Of a stretch of 26,221 nucleotides of DNA, positions 1-8,451 are shown one piece after another. Positions within the stretch are counted from its first letter, which is position 1; each line of letters starts with the position of its first letter. Source of the DNA: Candidatus Zixiibacteriota bacterium (lineage in GTDB: Bacteria; Zixibacteria; MSB-5A5; GN15; FEB-12); the NCBI GenBank assembly GCA_041742355.1, contig JBGSIV010000034.1:1-26221 (forward strand). Reading direction: 5' to 3'. Position numbers and translations under genes: made by a program. The notes beneath the pieces are model-generated. The model did not search any database. It was given only the letters and a program-made list of their open reading frames with translations, and was not told the origin of the DNA.

Positions 1-1379
1 TTGGTCTCGGCAATACCCACCACGCGCAGCAGGCCGGACGGGCAGCCGCCGGAGCAGTTGCCGTTGGCGCCGTAGCGATAGGTGAAGTATTCCCAGCCGC
101 AGTCGGTGTAGATGTCACCCGGAACGGCCGTCTGGAACGACAGGGCGGAAGCGTCATAGGCGATGAGAATGTCAAAGCCCCAGATGGCTTCCGAACCCTT
201 GGTCACGGTCACGTCAACGTACTCGTGGCCGCCCTGGAACGTGCCGTGCGTCTTCTCGATCACGATTTCGTACGGCTCAGTCGTCAGCACGTTGATGGTC
301 TGGTCGCAGGTCGCGGCCAGGTTGCCATCGGAGTACTCAACGGTGAACACGTAGGCGAAGCCGCCGTCGGCCGGAGACACGGTGTTGAACGTGATCACGC
401 CAGTGTTGGCGTCGATCGAGTAGGTGCCCACCGGAGCCGGAGCCACACCCACGATCGAGAACGTACCCGGGTCGCAGTCAACGTTGGCAGCATTGATGTC
501 AACATTGATCGAGTTGCCCATACCCACCGGCACCGGAGCCTGGCAGGCGATGGTCGGGGCCACGTTCGAGAACGAGACCTGGAACGCGCAGTCCGTGCCG
601 CCGAACGCGTCAGCTACGCGGACAACCACGTCGTACACCGGGCCCACGTTGGCCAGGGTCGGCGAGAACGACCACACGCCCGAGTTGGCGTCGATCGAAC
701 CGATACCGGAAACCATCGAGAACGTGAAGGGGTCGCCTTCCGTGTCGCTGGCGTTCAGGTCGATCGAAGCAACCGCGCAGTGGTTGAACACCTGGGCTAC
801 GCCCGGGCAGTTCAAGAACGCCGGCGGGATGTTCGGTACCGGCTCGACCAGCAAGCAGTACGGAGCATCGTACCAGTCGGGTTCCACGTCGCCGCTGTTG
901 GTTGACCACAGCCAGACGCCGCCCGGCGGGTAGAACGCCGTGTCGATGCAGAACGTTTCGCCGACGGCGACGTTCACACCGGTGACTGACCACAGGGCGT
1001 GCGTCCCGATCGGGATGCCCGGGGCGCCAATGAGGAAGCCACCGAAGCCGAACTGGTCGCCACCCGTGCCGTCATTGCTGACGTAGTTGACGAACTGGTT
1101 GCTGGCTTCGTAGTAGCCGTTCGGGGCCCACGCGCCAACCGGCACGCCGTAGTTGCCCGTGCCGTCCTGGTAGTAGATCTTGAAGCCGTTGGTGCTGCCG
1201 GCGATCACGTCGGTCGTCACGTTCAGGGTGAACGTGATGGTCGTCGGACCGGGGTTCAGCTTCATGGTCGGGCCGTCCATCCAGGTGTTCGTGAACGACA
1301 CCGTGATGGCATCTTGAGCATTAGCGAGCCCAAATGAAAGAATCATCAACGCAGCGATAAACAAAGCGATGCGTTTCAT
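1..1379 (-). CDS. Large secreted Ig/cadherin-like + cohesin-like surface protein (3' end runs off the window)
   Basis: Translated by hand; absent from the ORF track because it has no stop in the window. ATG at 1379 follows an AGGAG RBS. Signal peptide MKRIALFIAALMILSFGLANA, then an N-terminal beta domain (GSTNGFKIY...FCIDTAFYPPGGVWLW), two cadherin/Ig-like units (ASDTEGDPFTFS...SIDANSGV; SIDANTGVITF) and a cohesin-like segment (EYVDVTVTKGSEAIWGFDILIAYDASALSFQTAVPG). Confidence 0.85.
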   Translation of the reverse strand, partial: MKRIALFIAALMILSFGLANAQDAITVSFTNTWMDGPTMKLNPGPTTITFTLNVTTDVIAGSTNGFKIYYQDGTGNYGVPVGAWAPNGYYEASNQFVNYVSNDGTGGDQFGFGGFLIGAPGIPIGTHALWSVTGVNVAVGETFCIDTAFYPPGGVWLWSTNSGDVEPDWYDAPYCLLVEPVPNIPPAFLNCPGVAQVFNHCAVASIDLNASDTEGDPFTFSMVSGIGSIDANSGVWSFSPTLANVGPVYDVVVRVADAFGGTDCAFQVSFSNVAPTIACQAPVPVGMGNSINVDINAANVDCDPGTFSIVGVAPAPVGTYSIDANTGVITFNTVSPADGGFAYVFTVEYSDGNLAATCDQTINVLTTEPYEIVIEKTHGTFQGGHEYVDVTVTKGSEAIWGFDILIAYDASALSFQTAVPGDIYTDCGWEYFTYRYGANGNCSGGCPSGLLRVVGIAET

Positions 1380-1747
1380 TGTGTACTCCTACTTACTTCG
1401 TTAACAGTTGATGATACGAACTTACGATTACCAGACACGCTTCCCAGAACCCCCTCACGGTCCGTAATAGAACAACCTGCAGGTGAGAGCCACCTAACCC
1501 GCGAGCTGTCCGGTCCGGCAAATGCAGGAAAACGGTCCAGCGATGCGTTCATTCTTTTCACTTGAGCGCGTGTCATAAACGTAACCTCTCTAACGCGTCC
1601 TCCTTCCCATCTATCTTCAGGTTGATGGTTCAGCCGGGGCGGCATGGTGCAGCCCCGACCGGTTTCTATGTACATCCAATTTCTCAATCAATTGTTAAAG
1701 CGCTGCAAGAACCTGGTAAGAACTGGGATCCTACTTCTCCTGGGTGT

Positions 1748-1779
1748 CAAAGCCGCGGCAGGCACACCCGGCCTGCCGC
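1748..1779 (-). terminator. GC-rich hairpin just after the 1794..2870 gene (weak terminator or stabilising stem)
   Basis: 9-bp stem GCGGCAGGC/GCCTGCCGC at 1755-1763 and 1771-1779, with only a short T run on the minus strand. Confidence 0.45.
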
Positions 1780-1793
1780 CACTCACGAATCTT

Positions 1794-2870
1794 CTAGCAG
1801 GCCGGACCCTGGCACGGCGCCGGTCCGCCCTTGAACAGGAAAGCAACCATATAGGTCAGGTCGGCCACGTTGGGCTCGTCGATGCCGATGCAGTTGACAT
1901 TTGCCTTCCACAACGGCACGGGGGCAGGACCGGCCTTGAACAGGAAATTCACGAGGTAGGTCAGGTCGGCGATATTCGGCTGGGGCTTGAAATCGCCGTT
2001 CATATCGCCGCACATGCCTTCGAGCACGGTCAACATGCCGTCGGCCACAAAAACGTAGTTGTAATCGATGACTTTGTCGGTGCGCTCCACGATCTGGAAG
2101 GAGTCGGCCGGCGGCTGGCTCACGCGCTGCCAGTTCAGGCAGACATCCCCGGCCCAAGCGGTGCAGATCCAGTAGTTGGTGTCCTGCACGATGGTGTCTT
2201 TCAGGCCGATGGTGGTGCCGTCCGGCCGGGAGAAGCTGAAGTGGTCGGTGAACTGGTGCTGGACGAGCATGTTCACGGTCCGGTCGAGCCCGGTGGCCGT
2301 GTCGGGAATCATGAGGACGTCGGCCAGCAGCTTGATCAGCACGCCGCCGTTCTGCGGCGCGATGCCGGCCTTGTACCCGCCCGACGGCAGGTTGGCGATA
2401 CCGACGATATTGAGGTCGTAGCCGAATCCGGAGAGCGAGCGGGCGTCAACCGATTCCCAGCCCGAAATCAGCGTGCCGGTCGTGTCCCAGCTGCCGATCT
2501 GCACCTCGTTGGTATCGATAGTAATGAAATCGTAGTCGAGGGGAGTGGATTTGGTCGAGTCGATACAATTGCTACCGGCGTAGTCGTTGCAGATCCAGTA
2601 GGTCGTATCGATCTTCGTCTGCGAGTTTGTCTGGAACAGCATGATGTCGGGGCGGTCGAGCTGGATCCAGAGGTTGAATCCGGCCACCGTGTCACTGAGG
2701 TTCACGATGGAAACGGAAATGACGGTGTTCTGAGCGCCGGGCGCAGCGGTGGTGTCACCGACCTCGATGATGAGCTGCGCCGAGGCTGAGGGAGCGAGCA
2801 GGAATCCGGCAAGCAGGACCACGCACGCCGCGAAAAGAGAATACCCCGGGGATTTCGTGCCGAGGATCAT
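1794..2870 (-). CDS. Secreted cohesin-like + C-terminal dockerin (type I-like) protein
   Basis: GGAGG RBS and signal peptide ending ASA. Cohesin-like start (LIIEVGDTTAAPG...VISVSIVN...VAGFNLWIQLD) and end (VADGMLTV). Duplicated dockerin motif CGDMNGD...NIADLTYLVNFLFKAG / ANVN...NVADLTYMVAFLFKGG. Confidence 0.85.
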   Translation of the reverse strand: MILGTKSPGYSLFAACVVLLAGFLLAPSASAQLIIEVGDTTAAPGAQNTVISVSIVNLSDTVAGFNLWIQLDRPDIMLFQTNSQTKIDTTYWICNDYAGSNCIDSTKSTPLDYDFITIDTNEVQIGSWDTTGTLISGWESVDARSLSGFGYDLNIVGIANLPSGGYKAGIAPQNGGVLIKLLADVLMIPDTATGLDRTVNMLVQHQFTDHFSFSRPDGTTIGLKDTIVQDTNYWICTAWAGDVCLNWQRVSQPPADSFQIVERTDKVIDYNYVFVADGMLTVLEGMCGDMNGDFKPQPNIADLTYLVNFLFKAGPAPVPLWKANVNCIGIDEPNVADLTYMVAFLFKGGPAPCQGPAC

Positions 2871-2912
2871 ACCTTCCTCCTTAAAACGATACTGATGTTA
2901 CGTTCGTGTCGA

Positions 2913-3212
2913 AATACCCTTAGCCTAGGTGCGATAAGGTATCCCCGATACGCAGAGCGTCGTCAGCCGTGCATTTCCCGGAAGACGTATCTCTGGGAAC
3001 TGCGTCAATTGTCGTACCCTTGTTGTTCAGTTGCAGCAGCGTTCTGCAATAGTAACCTGTCAGTATTCCCGTTAGAACGGCTCCCTCACCGTTCGGGATA
3101 GAAGTATCAGACGTTTTGCTCGGAAGGACGGACTCGTCGAAAGTCTCGCTGTGTATACTCTTTTGTGGAGTTCTTACCCATCATCCGAGGCTAATATATG
3201 GCTAAGGGTATT
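2913..3212. repeat. Perfect 13-bp inverted repeat pair (2913-2925 / 3200-3212)
   Basis: AATACCCTTAGCC at 2913-2925 and its reverse complement GGCTAAGGGTATT at 3200-3212. Confidence 0.8.
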
Positions 3213-3221
3213 GGTTGTCAA
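3193..3221 (-). promoter_or_regulatory. sigma70 promoter for the cohesin/dockerin genes
   Basis: Minus strand reads TTGACA (3221-3216), 17-nt spacer, TATATT (3198-3193). Confidence 0.7.
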
Positions 3222-3402
3222 CAGGAAAAACGAAAACAGATTGCAGGCGCGGTTCTTCCATCGAGGTGCTTCGTCGTCCGCTGCCGCTTGTGCGGCGCGA
3301 TGCGCTCTTCCTGCTGTGATCGGGTCGCTGTCCTCCTCTGCGGTCGTCCGGCTGGTATTCACCGGGCCTTGCTGTTAGCGCCGACTATCCGGAAGTGTCT
3401 GT

Positions 3403-3419
3403 TGCAACCGCTGTGCCGA
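3403..3419 (-). promoter_or_regulatory. Putative sigma54 (-24/-12) promoter
   Basis: Minus strand TCGGCACAGCGGTTGCA has GG-N10-GC spacing and closely matches YTGGCACG-N4-TTGCW. Confidence 0.5.
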
Positions 3420-3721
3420 TAGGGAAAGCAACTGCACTCCTGTTTCGCCCGCGCGGCCCGATCATAATGCCTTGCCCCGCAAAGCCCTTCCCATCTTCCT
3501 GCAACGGCGTTCAACTATTGCACACCGATGTGCGCTCCGGGGCTGGCCAGTATATGCAGCCCGGTGCATCGCCCGACCGCAACGGTGTCATATTTGCCCG
3601 ATTGCCGCTCCGGGTGTCGCGCACCAAATGATCGGGGCGAGGTTGCCGACACATTAATGAGAAGGATGTCCGCCGCCCCAAAGGACTCAGCCTGTCCGCT
3701 CCGGCTGAACTCCGGCAGAGG

Positions 3722-3736
3722 CGATTATTATAATCG
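3722..3736 (+). promoter_or_regulatory. 7-1-7 palindrome overlapping a TATAAT -10 box upstream of the HDOD gene
   Basis: CGATTAT-T-ATAATCG, with TATAAT at 3729-3734. Confidence 0.4.
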
Positions 3737-3787
3737 GGTTTGTCTCCACTTCGGCGATATGGCCGAGGTGCGCCGGTGTGAATACGC

Positions 3788-5275
3788 ATGACGACGTTGA
3801 CTCGGGATAAAATTCACGAACGCCTCGAGAAGGTCTCCAATCTCCCGTCGATTCCGCAGGTGGTCCTGCGCATCAAGGAGATTACCGAGAATCCCCGTGC
3901 GTCGGTGGCCGACCTGGCCAACTGCATCCTCTCGGACCACCAGCTGACGAGTCGCATTCTGCGCATGGCCAACTCGGCCTACTACGGCGAGTTCTCGGGC
4001 CGCATCACGACCGTGACGCATGCGATTATGCTCATGGGTTTCCGCGCGGTGCGCAACATCGCCATTTCCATGGTCGTCTACGACGCCGTGAACAACATCT
4101 CCCGCGGCAGTGGCTTCGACGTCAAGGCTTTCTGGTCCCGGTCGCTGGCCAGCGGGGTCATCGCCAAGTACCTCGCCCGGGCGACCGGCCAGACCAAGCT
4201 GCTCGAGGTCGCTTTCATCGCCGGCTTCATGCACGATATCGGGCAGGTTGTTCTCGCCAGCGCGTTTCCCGATGAGTACCGGGAGTTGAGCAAGGTTGAC
4301 TGCGACCCTTCGCAGTTGCAGAACACGGAGCGCATTCTCCTCGGGGTCGACCACCTCGAGGCGGGCGAGTACATCGCCCGGAAGTGGAATCTGCCCGAGC
4401 TGCTGGTTCGGCCGATCGGCGAACACAACCGCCCCCGTTCGGTTACCGGTTCGAAAACTTCGTCGGGCGGTATGCTTGTCGACATGGTGCACCTGGCCGA
4501 GCTGGCCTATCCGTTTGTCTCCGGTCGGGCCTCGATTGAGAGCCGGGGCTTCAAAGAGCTGGCCCGCCTAGCCTTCGATCTCCTCGCGATCGACCGGAAG
4601 GTCATGGCCGACCTGCCCGAAGTCTGCCGCAAGGAGGTTGGGGAAATCGCCAGTGATCTGGATATCAAGATCGACCCGCTCCGCCCTGAAACCGCTTCCG
4701 GCGCCAACCTGGCGGAGATTCAGCGGCAACTCTCGGGAAAGGAGTTGCAGCTCTCCTTCCTGCAGGGGGCGGCGGAGAGCCTGTTCGAGGCCGGTTCGGA
4801 GGAGGAAATCCTCCTGATCGTCTGTGAAGCGGTCTTCCGGGGGCTTCAGATGGGACGGGTGCTGTTGCTGGAATATGATGCCGACGGTGGGCAATTTGTC
4901 GGCCGACTGGGTTTCGGCGTAGCGACCCAGGAAGAAATCAAGGCCCTCTCGTTCCCGGCCGACGGCGGTCTCTTCGGGCACCTGCGCACGGACGGCCGGA
5001 CAATCCCAGTGGGCGATCGCACGGCCGACATCGATCAGGTGATTGCGGCGACCTCGGGATGGAATGCGCTGGGGACGTCGGCTTTTGTGCTCGCCCCGGT
5101 CAAAGTGCTCGACCGGGTGGTTTTCGCCCTCTTTGCCGACTCAACCGACCGGGGCCTGCCAATCGATGACGAGCGGCTGCGCTCGGTCACCGCATTGGCC
5201 AACCAGGGATCGATGGCCCTGGAGCGCATTCTCATGCGCCGCCGGCTGTCCGAAGATGACACGGGCAAGTCATAG
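3788..5275 (+). CDS. HDOD domain signalling protein with C-terminal GAF-like domain
   Basis: HDOD motifs LPSIPQ, LRMANSAYY, FW.RS, AGFMHDIG, GVDHLEAG and WNLP. GAF-like C-terminus (AFVLAPV...LFADS...ALANQGSMALE). Confidence 0.9.
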   Translation: MTTLTRDKIHERLEKVSNLPSIPQVVLRIKEITENPRASVADLANCILSDHQLTSRILRMANSAYYGEFSGRITTVTHAIMLMGFRAVRNIAISMVVYDAVNNISRGSGFDVKAFWSRSLASGVIAKYLARATGQTKLLEVAFIAGFMHDIGQVVLASAFPDEYRELSKVDCDPSQLQNTERILLGVDHLEAGEYIARKWNLPELLVRPIGEHNRPRSVTGSKTSSGGMLVDMVHLAELAYPFVSGRASIESRGFKELARLAFDLLAIDRKVMADLPEVCRKEVGEIASDLDIKIDPLRPETASGANLAEIQRQLSGKELQLSFLQGAAESLFEAGSEEEILLIVCEAVFRGLQMGRVLLLEYDADGGQFVGRLGFGVATQEEIKALSFPADGGLFGHLRTDGRTIPVGDRTADIDQVIAATSGWNALGTSAFVLAPVKVLDRVVFALFADSTDRGLPIDDERLRSVTALANQGSMALERILMRRRLSEDDTGKS

Positions 5276-5285
5276 CTCTCTTCGG

Positions 5286-5750
5286 CTACCTATCCAATCC
5301 CACGGTCGTGAAGCGCCAGATCGGCGAGCTGGTCTCTTCCCCGCGCTTATCCTCGGCCACCACCCGCCAGTAGTAGGTCACGCCGTAGCCCAGTTCGGTG
5401 AGCGGGGCGAAGAGCGGGTCGGAGAGATTGCCCGCTATAATGGGCGGGCCGAGTTCGGTTCCGAAGTAGACGTCGTAGTAGATCTGGTCGCCGTCGGGGT
5501 CGGATGAGGTCCAGCGGAGGATTGGCTCCCGGCTGACTCCGGTGGCGCCGTCGGCCGGGGATCCGGCGACGACGTTGTTGACCGGTTCGGTGGGTGGGTT
5601 GTTGGGCGCGGCCGGGTTCTTCTTGTCGTCGTCGCCGCAGGCGTTGACAAAGAGAAGAAGCAGAACAAGTGCGAGTACCGGCACGATTCCCTTTACGAAC
5701 GCCGACCAAATTAAATCTGTATGATTCCTGGCTGTCATATGCATTTCCAT
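5286..5750 (-). CDS. Lipoprotein with Ig/FN3-like (SbsA-type) domain
   Basis: Hydrophobic stretch followed by lipobox VNA-C. Motif SPADGATGV...LRW...DPDGDQIYYDVYFG...TYYWRVVAED...WRFTT. The start could be 5750, 5744 or 5738. Confidence 0.8.
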   Translation of the reverse strand: MEMHMTARNHTDLIWSAFVKGIVPVLALVLLLLFVNACGDDDKKNPAAPNNPPTEPVNNVVAGSPADGATGVSREPILRWTSSDPDGDQIYYDVYFGTELGPPIIAGNLSDPLFAPLTELGYGVTYYWRVVAEDKRGEETSSPIWRFTTVGLDR

Positions 5751-5839
5751 CGACTGCGGTCACTTGCGGACCGGCCTCAGGGAACGTGATGTCCCGCTTT
5801 CAGCGCTTGCCCCGCGCGTCGGGCCTTGACAGACATCGG

Positions 5840-7006
5840 CTATCGATTCCCTTTAGCCCGGTTGTGGGTTGTGCACAGCATCTGGCAGTTCTTCGCCGAG
5901 CTGTCGCCTCCCTTGCTCCATGCGGAAACGTGGTCGGCGTCCATTTCGTCGAACTTATAGATTCTGCCGTTGTTTGCGTTGTCGCCAATCGCGCAGAGAG
6001 GGCAGTTGCTCTTGCCTTTGGTTTCGGCCGCCTGCGTCTGCTTCTCGTACGCCGCCCGCTTGGTCTTCGTGTCGAACACCCGCACGTCCAACAACTTCGT
6101 ATCCTTCGACCCGCCCAGCAAATACTCGAAAATTCCCTTGTGGCCGTTCACGAAGTCGTCGGCCATGAGTTTTTTCACCGCCGCCGCCATCTTCTTCGGA
6201 TCGTAGCTCTTGGCGTGGTACTGCTCGTACAGCCGGCCCCACTCCAAGCCCTTCATCTCCGGGTAAACGTCCTCGAACACCGTTGAAACCCAATCGATCA
6301 CAGCATTGAAATAGGCCTTCAGCTCGTTGATGTTCTTAAGGTTGCGGTGGGCGCTCATGTACGAGCCGATATCCCCCTTGCTCACCCAATCCAGCGCCCG
6401 CTCCAGAAACTCCTGCCGGTTGGCGCTGCCCTTAATGTACGCGCTCCACATCTGGATGTTCGCGTTCTGGCTGTTGCTGAATTCTTCCTTGGCTTTGGTG
6501 ACGAACGGGCCGGAGTAAATGGCGTTGAGAAGCTCCTGATCGTTGAGCGGAACGCCCGCGATGTTGATCGTCTCGAACCACTGCTTGATCTCGGTCTCCG
6601 TACCTTCGCACTCGTAGATCAGCAATTTCGAATCCCGAATTATAGCTTGCTGGTCCGCAGGCAGGCTGGTGAAGTTCTTGGGGTTGCCGCCGTCCATGAT
6701 CGCGAACTTGTCAGTGACGAAGCGCCCGATGCTGGTGATGCGCTGCTGGCCGTCGAGCACCTCAAACTTGTCCTCCGCAACCTTGTTGAAGTAGATCAGT
6801 CCCAGCGGATACCCCTTGAGCAGCGATTGGATAACCGCCTGCTCCTTTTTGCCGCCGCCGTCGGCATAGATGTAGTTCCGCTGATACTCCGGCTGAATGG
6901 TGAGCTTTCCACCCAAGCCGAAGAGCCCCTTACCCTCCAACTGGTTGTACACAAACCCGTCGCAAATCTGGGCGACAGTGATGTCATTCTTGAGCGTCGT
7001 TTTCAT
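5840..7006 (-). CDS. DUF262 (GmrS/ParB-like) + C-terminal HNH endonuclease
   Basis: DUF262 motifs QPEYQR, DGQQR and FETIN. HNH motif CPLC...[12 protein letters not shown]...NCQMLC..HN. The start overlaps the methyltransferase stop (ATGA). Confidence 0.9.
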   Translation of the reverse strand: MKTTLKNDITVAQICDGFVYNQLEGKGLFGLGGKLTIQPEYQRNYIYADGGGKKEQAVIQSLLKGYPLGLIYFNKVAEDKFEVLDGQQRITSIGRFVTDKFAIMDGGNPKNFTSLPADQQAIIRDSKLLIYECEGTETEIKQWFETINIAGVPLNDQELLNAIYSGPFVTKAKEEFSNSQNANIQMWSAYIKGSANRQEFLERALDWVSKGDIGSYMSAHRNLKNINELKAYFNAVIDWVSTVFEDVYPEMKGLEWGRLYEQYHAKSYDPKKMAAAVKKLMADDFVNGHKGIFEYLLGGSKDTKLLDVRVFDTKTKRAAYEKQTQAAETKGKSNCPLCAIGDNANNGRIYKFDEMDADHVSAWSKGGDSSAKNCQMLCTTHNRAKGNR

Positions 7007-8259
7007 TTTTTGTTCTTCCTTGGAGGCCGGGTGCTACGGCGGCGGATGAGAATTCTCTGGTAAAGCGCTACGTAGTACTCGCCGTCAACGATGTAGTAAG
7101 TCTGGTCGGCCGGTGGTCTGTCGACCTTAATCGCTGGCTGATCGTTGAGCTTCCCAACCACCTTTCTTTTTCCGTCTTTATCCACCTGAATCTGGTTCGG
7201 GAATGTCTTGCTCGCGACGCGAAACCAAGTCTTTGTGATTCCCAGAATCTCGAACTGGTCGGGGTTGTACCTGTCAAGGAAAGTGATCGGGACGCCCATG
7301 GCACCGTCGTAGTCGCTTGGGATTGCGTCGGTGAACGGCACCTCGATCGCATCGTAATTGGCGTACCGGTCGTAGGCCGCCTTGCCCCTTAGTTCCTTGT
7401 GCTTGCTGAATCTCAGGTTGCGATCCATCGACATACACTCTAGCGTCTTGTGGCGTGTCCCATGGTCGAGGTTTGTCCACCAACGGACGCCCTTGACTCG
7501 GATGTACTTCGCGCCGTTTTCATCAACGCGCGAACCGGCCGCGTTCAGTGGATAGTGGTCCGGAACGCGGAACTCGCGGTCGCCGCTGTGGATGGTGACA
7601 CCCATCCATAGTTTGTCGGCCTTGATGAGCGGGAAGATCTCTTTGTACGTGATCGCCTGAACGTTGCCGATGACTATGAACCGCTTATCATACTGTATGA
7701 GTTGGGCCACGTATTCACGGAAGAGGGAGAAGGGCGGGTTGGTGACGACGATGTCTGCCTCTTTTAGGAATGCGACGCATTCCGCACTACGGAAGTCCCC
7801 GCCGGGATATCTGTCTGGGTCGCCTTTGAGTGGAATGCGGTTGGCCTTGTTGCGCTGGAGGAACAGTTCGACGTCGGTCAGGTTTGCGGCTCCGTCGCCG
7901 TCCTCGTCCTTCACGCGGTCGAGGATGACGGCCAAGGCCTTGGGCTTCTGGCGCTTGCCGTTGCCCTCGTTGTATTCCGGGAACAACGCGCCCTGCCCGG
8001 CGATGGGAGAGCCATCGTAGCTGGTGGTGATGAGCCTCTTGAGGCCGAGCTTGTTGAAGTTGGCGGCGAAGTACTTGAAGAAGTTGCTCTCGAAGGGGTC
8101 GTCGCAATTGCAGTAGACGACCTTGCCACGGAAGGTATCGGGGTCGTACTCAAGGTAGGCTTCGACTTCCTTCTGGATATCCACGTATTGGGTATAGAAC
8201 TCGTCCTGCTTGGCGGCCTTGGCGGCGCTGAGGCTGCGGTTGAGCGATTTGCTGGCCAT
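7003..8259 (-). CDS. Adenine-specific DNA methyltransferase, EcoRI family
   Basis: Motifs [18 protein letters not shown], catalytic NPPFS and YD...MGVPITFLD. An alternative GTG start lies at 8295. Confidence 0.9.
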   Translation of the reverse strand: MASKSLNRSLSAAKAAKQDEFYTQYVDIQKEVEAYLEYDPDTFRGKVVYCNCDDPFESNFFKYFAANFNKLGLKRLITTSYDGSPIAGQGALFPEYNEGNGKRQKPKALAVILDRVKDEDGDGAANLTDVELFLQRNKANRIPLKGDPDRYPGGDFRSAECVAFLKEADIVVTNPPFSLFREYVAQLIQYDKRFIVIGNVQAITYKEIFPLIKADKLWMGVTIHSGDREFRVPDHYPLNAAGSRVDENGAKYIRVKGVRWWTNLDHGTRHKTLECMSMDRNLRFSKHKELRGKAAYDRYANYDAIEVPFTDAIPSDYDGAMGVPITFLDRYNPDQFEILGITKTWFRVASKTFPNQIQVDKDGKRKVVGKLNDQPAIKVDRPPADQTYYIVDGEYYVALYQRILIRRRSTRPPRKNKK

Positions 8260-8327
8260 GGCGCGATTGGCTTCCTTGAGTTTTCTTGACGTCACTTCCG
8301 GCTAACGCTGTTCATACTGCCCACTCG

Positions 8328-8355
8328 AAGATATGTCGCCCCTTGTAAAGATCAA
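8328..8355 (-). promoter_or_regulatory. Putative sigma70 promoter of the methyltransferase-HNH operon
   Basis: Minus strand TTGATC, 16-nt spacer, TATCTT. Confidence 0.4.
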
Positions 8356-8451
8356 GCACAATCCTGTCCCGGCAACTTTCCCGTTGACTAACCTCAACTG
8401 TCGGGCCATTTTGACCACTAATTAGCACGAACGCAGATAAGGATACCGACC

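Noticed and set aside
1644..2789. 381-aa plus-strand ORF, and the plus-strand ORFs within 163..1337
   Set aside because: Antisense shadows of the minus-strand cohesin/dockerin genes, which have RBSs, signal peptides and domain motifs.
3225..3392. CsrB/Rsm-like GGA-rich sRNA downstream of the sigma54 site
   Set aside because: About seven GGA triplets, but few are in ANGGA or hairpin-loop context and there is no clear terminator stem.
3543..3558. Plus-strand sigma54 site TGGCCAGTATATGCA
   Set aside because: GG to GC spacing is 9 nt, not the required 10.
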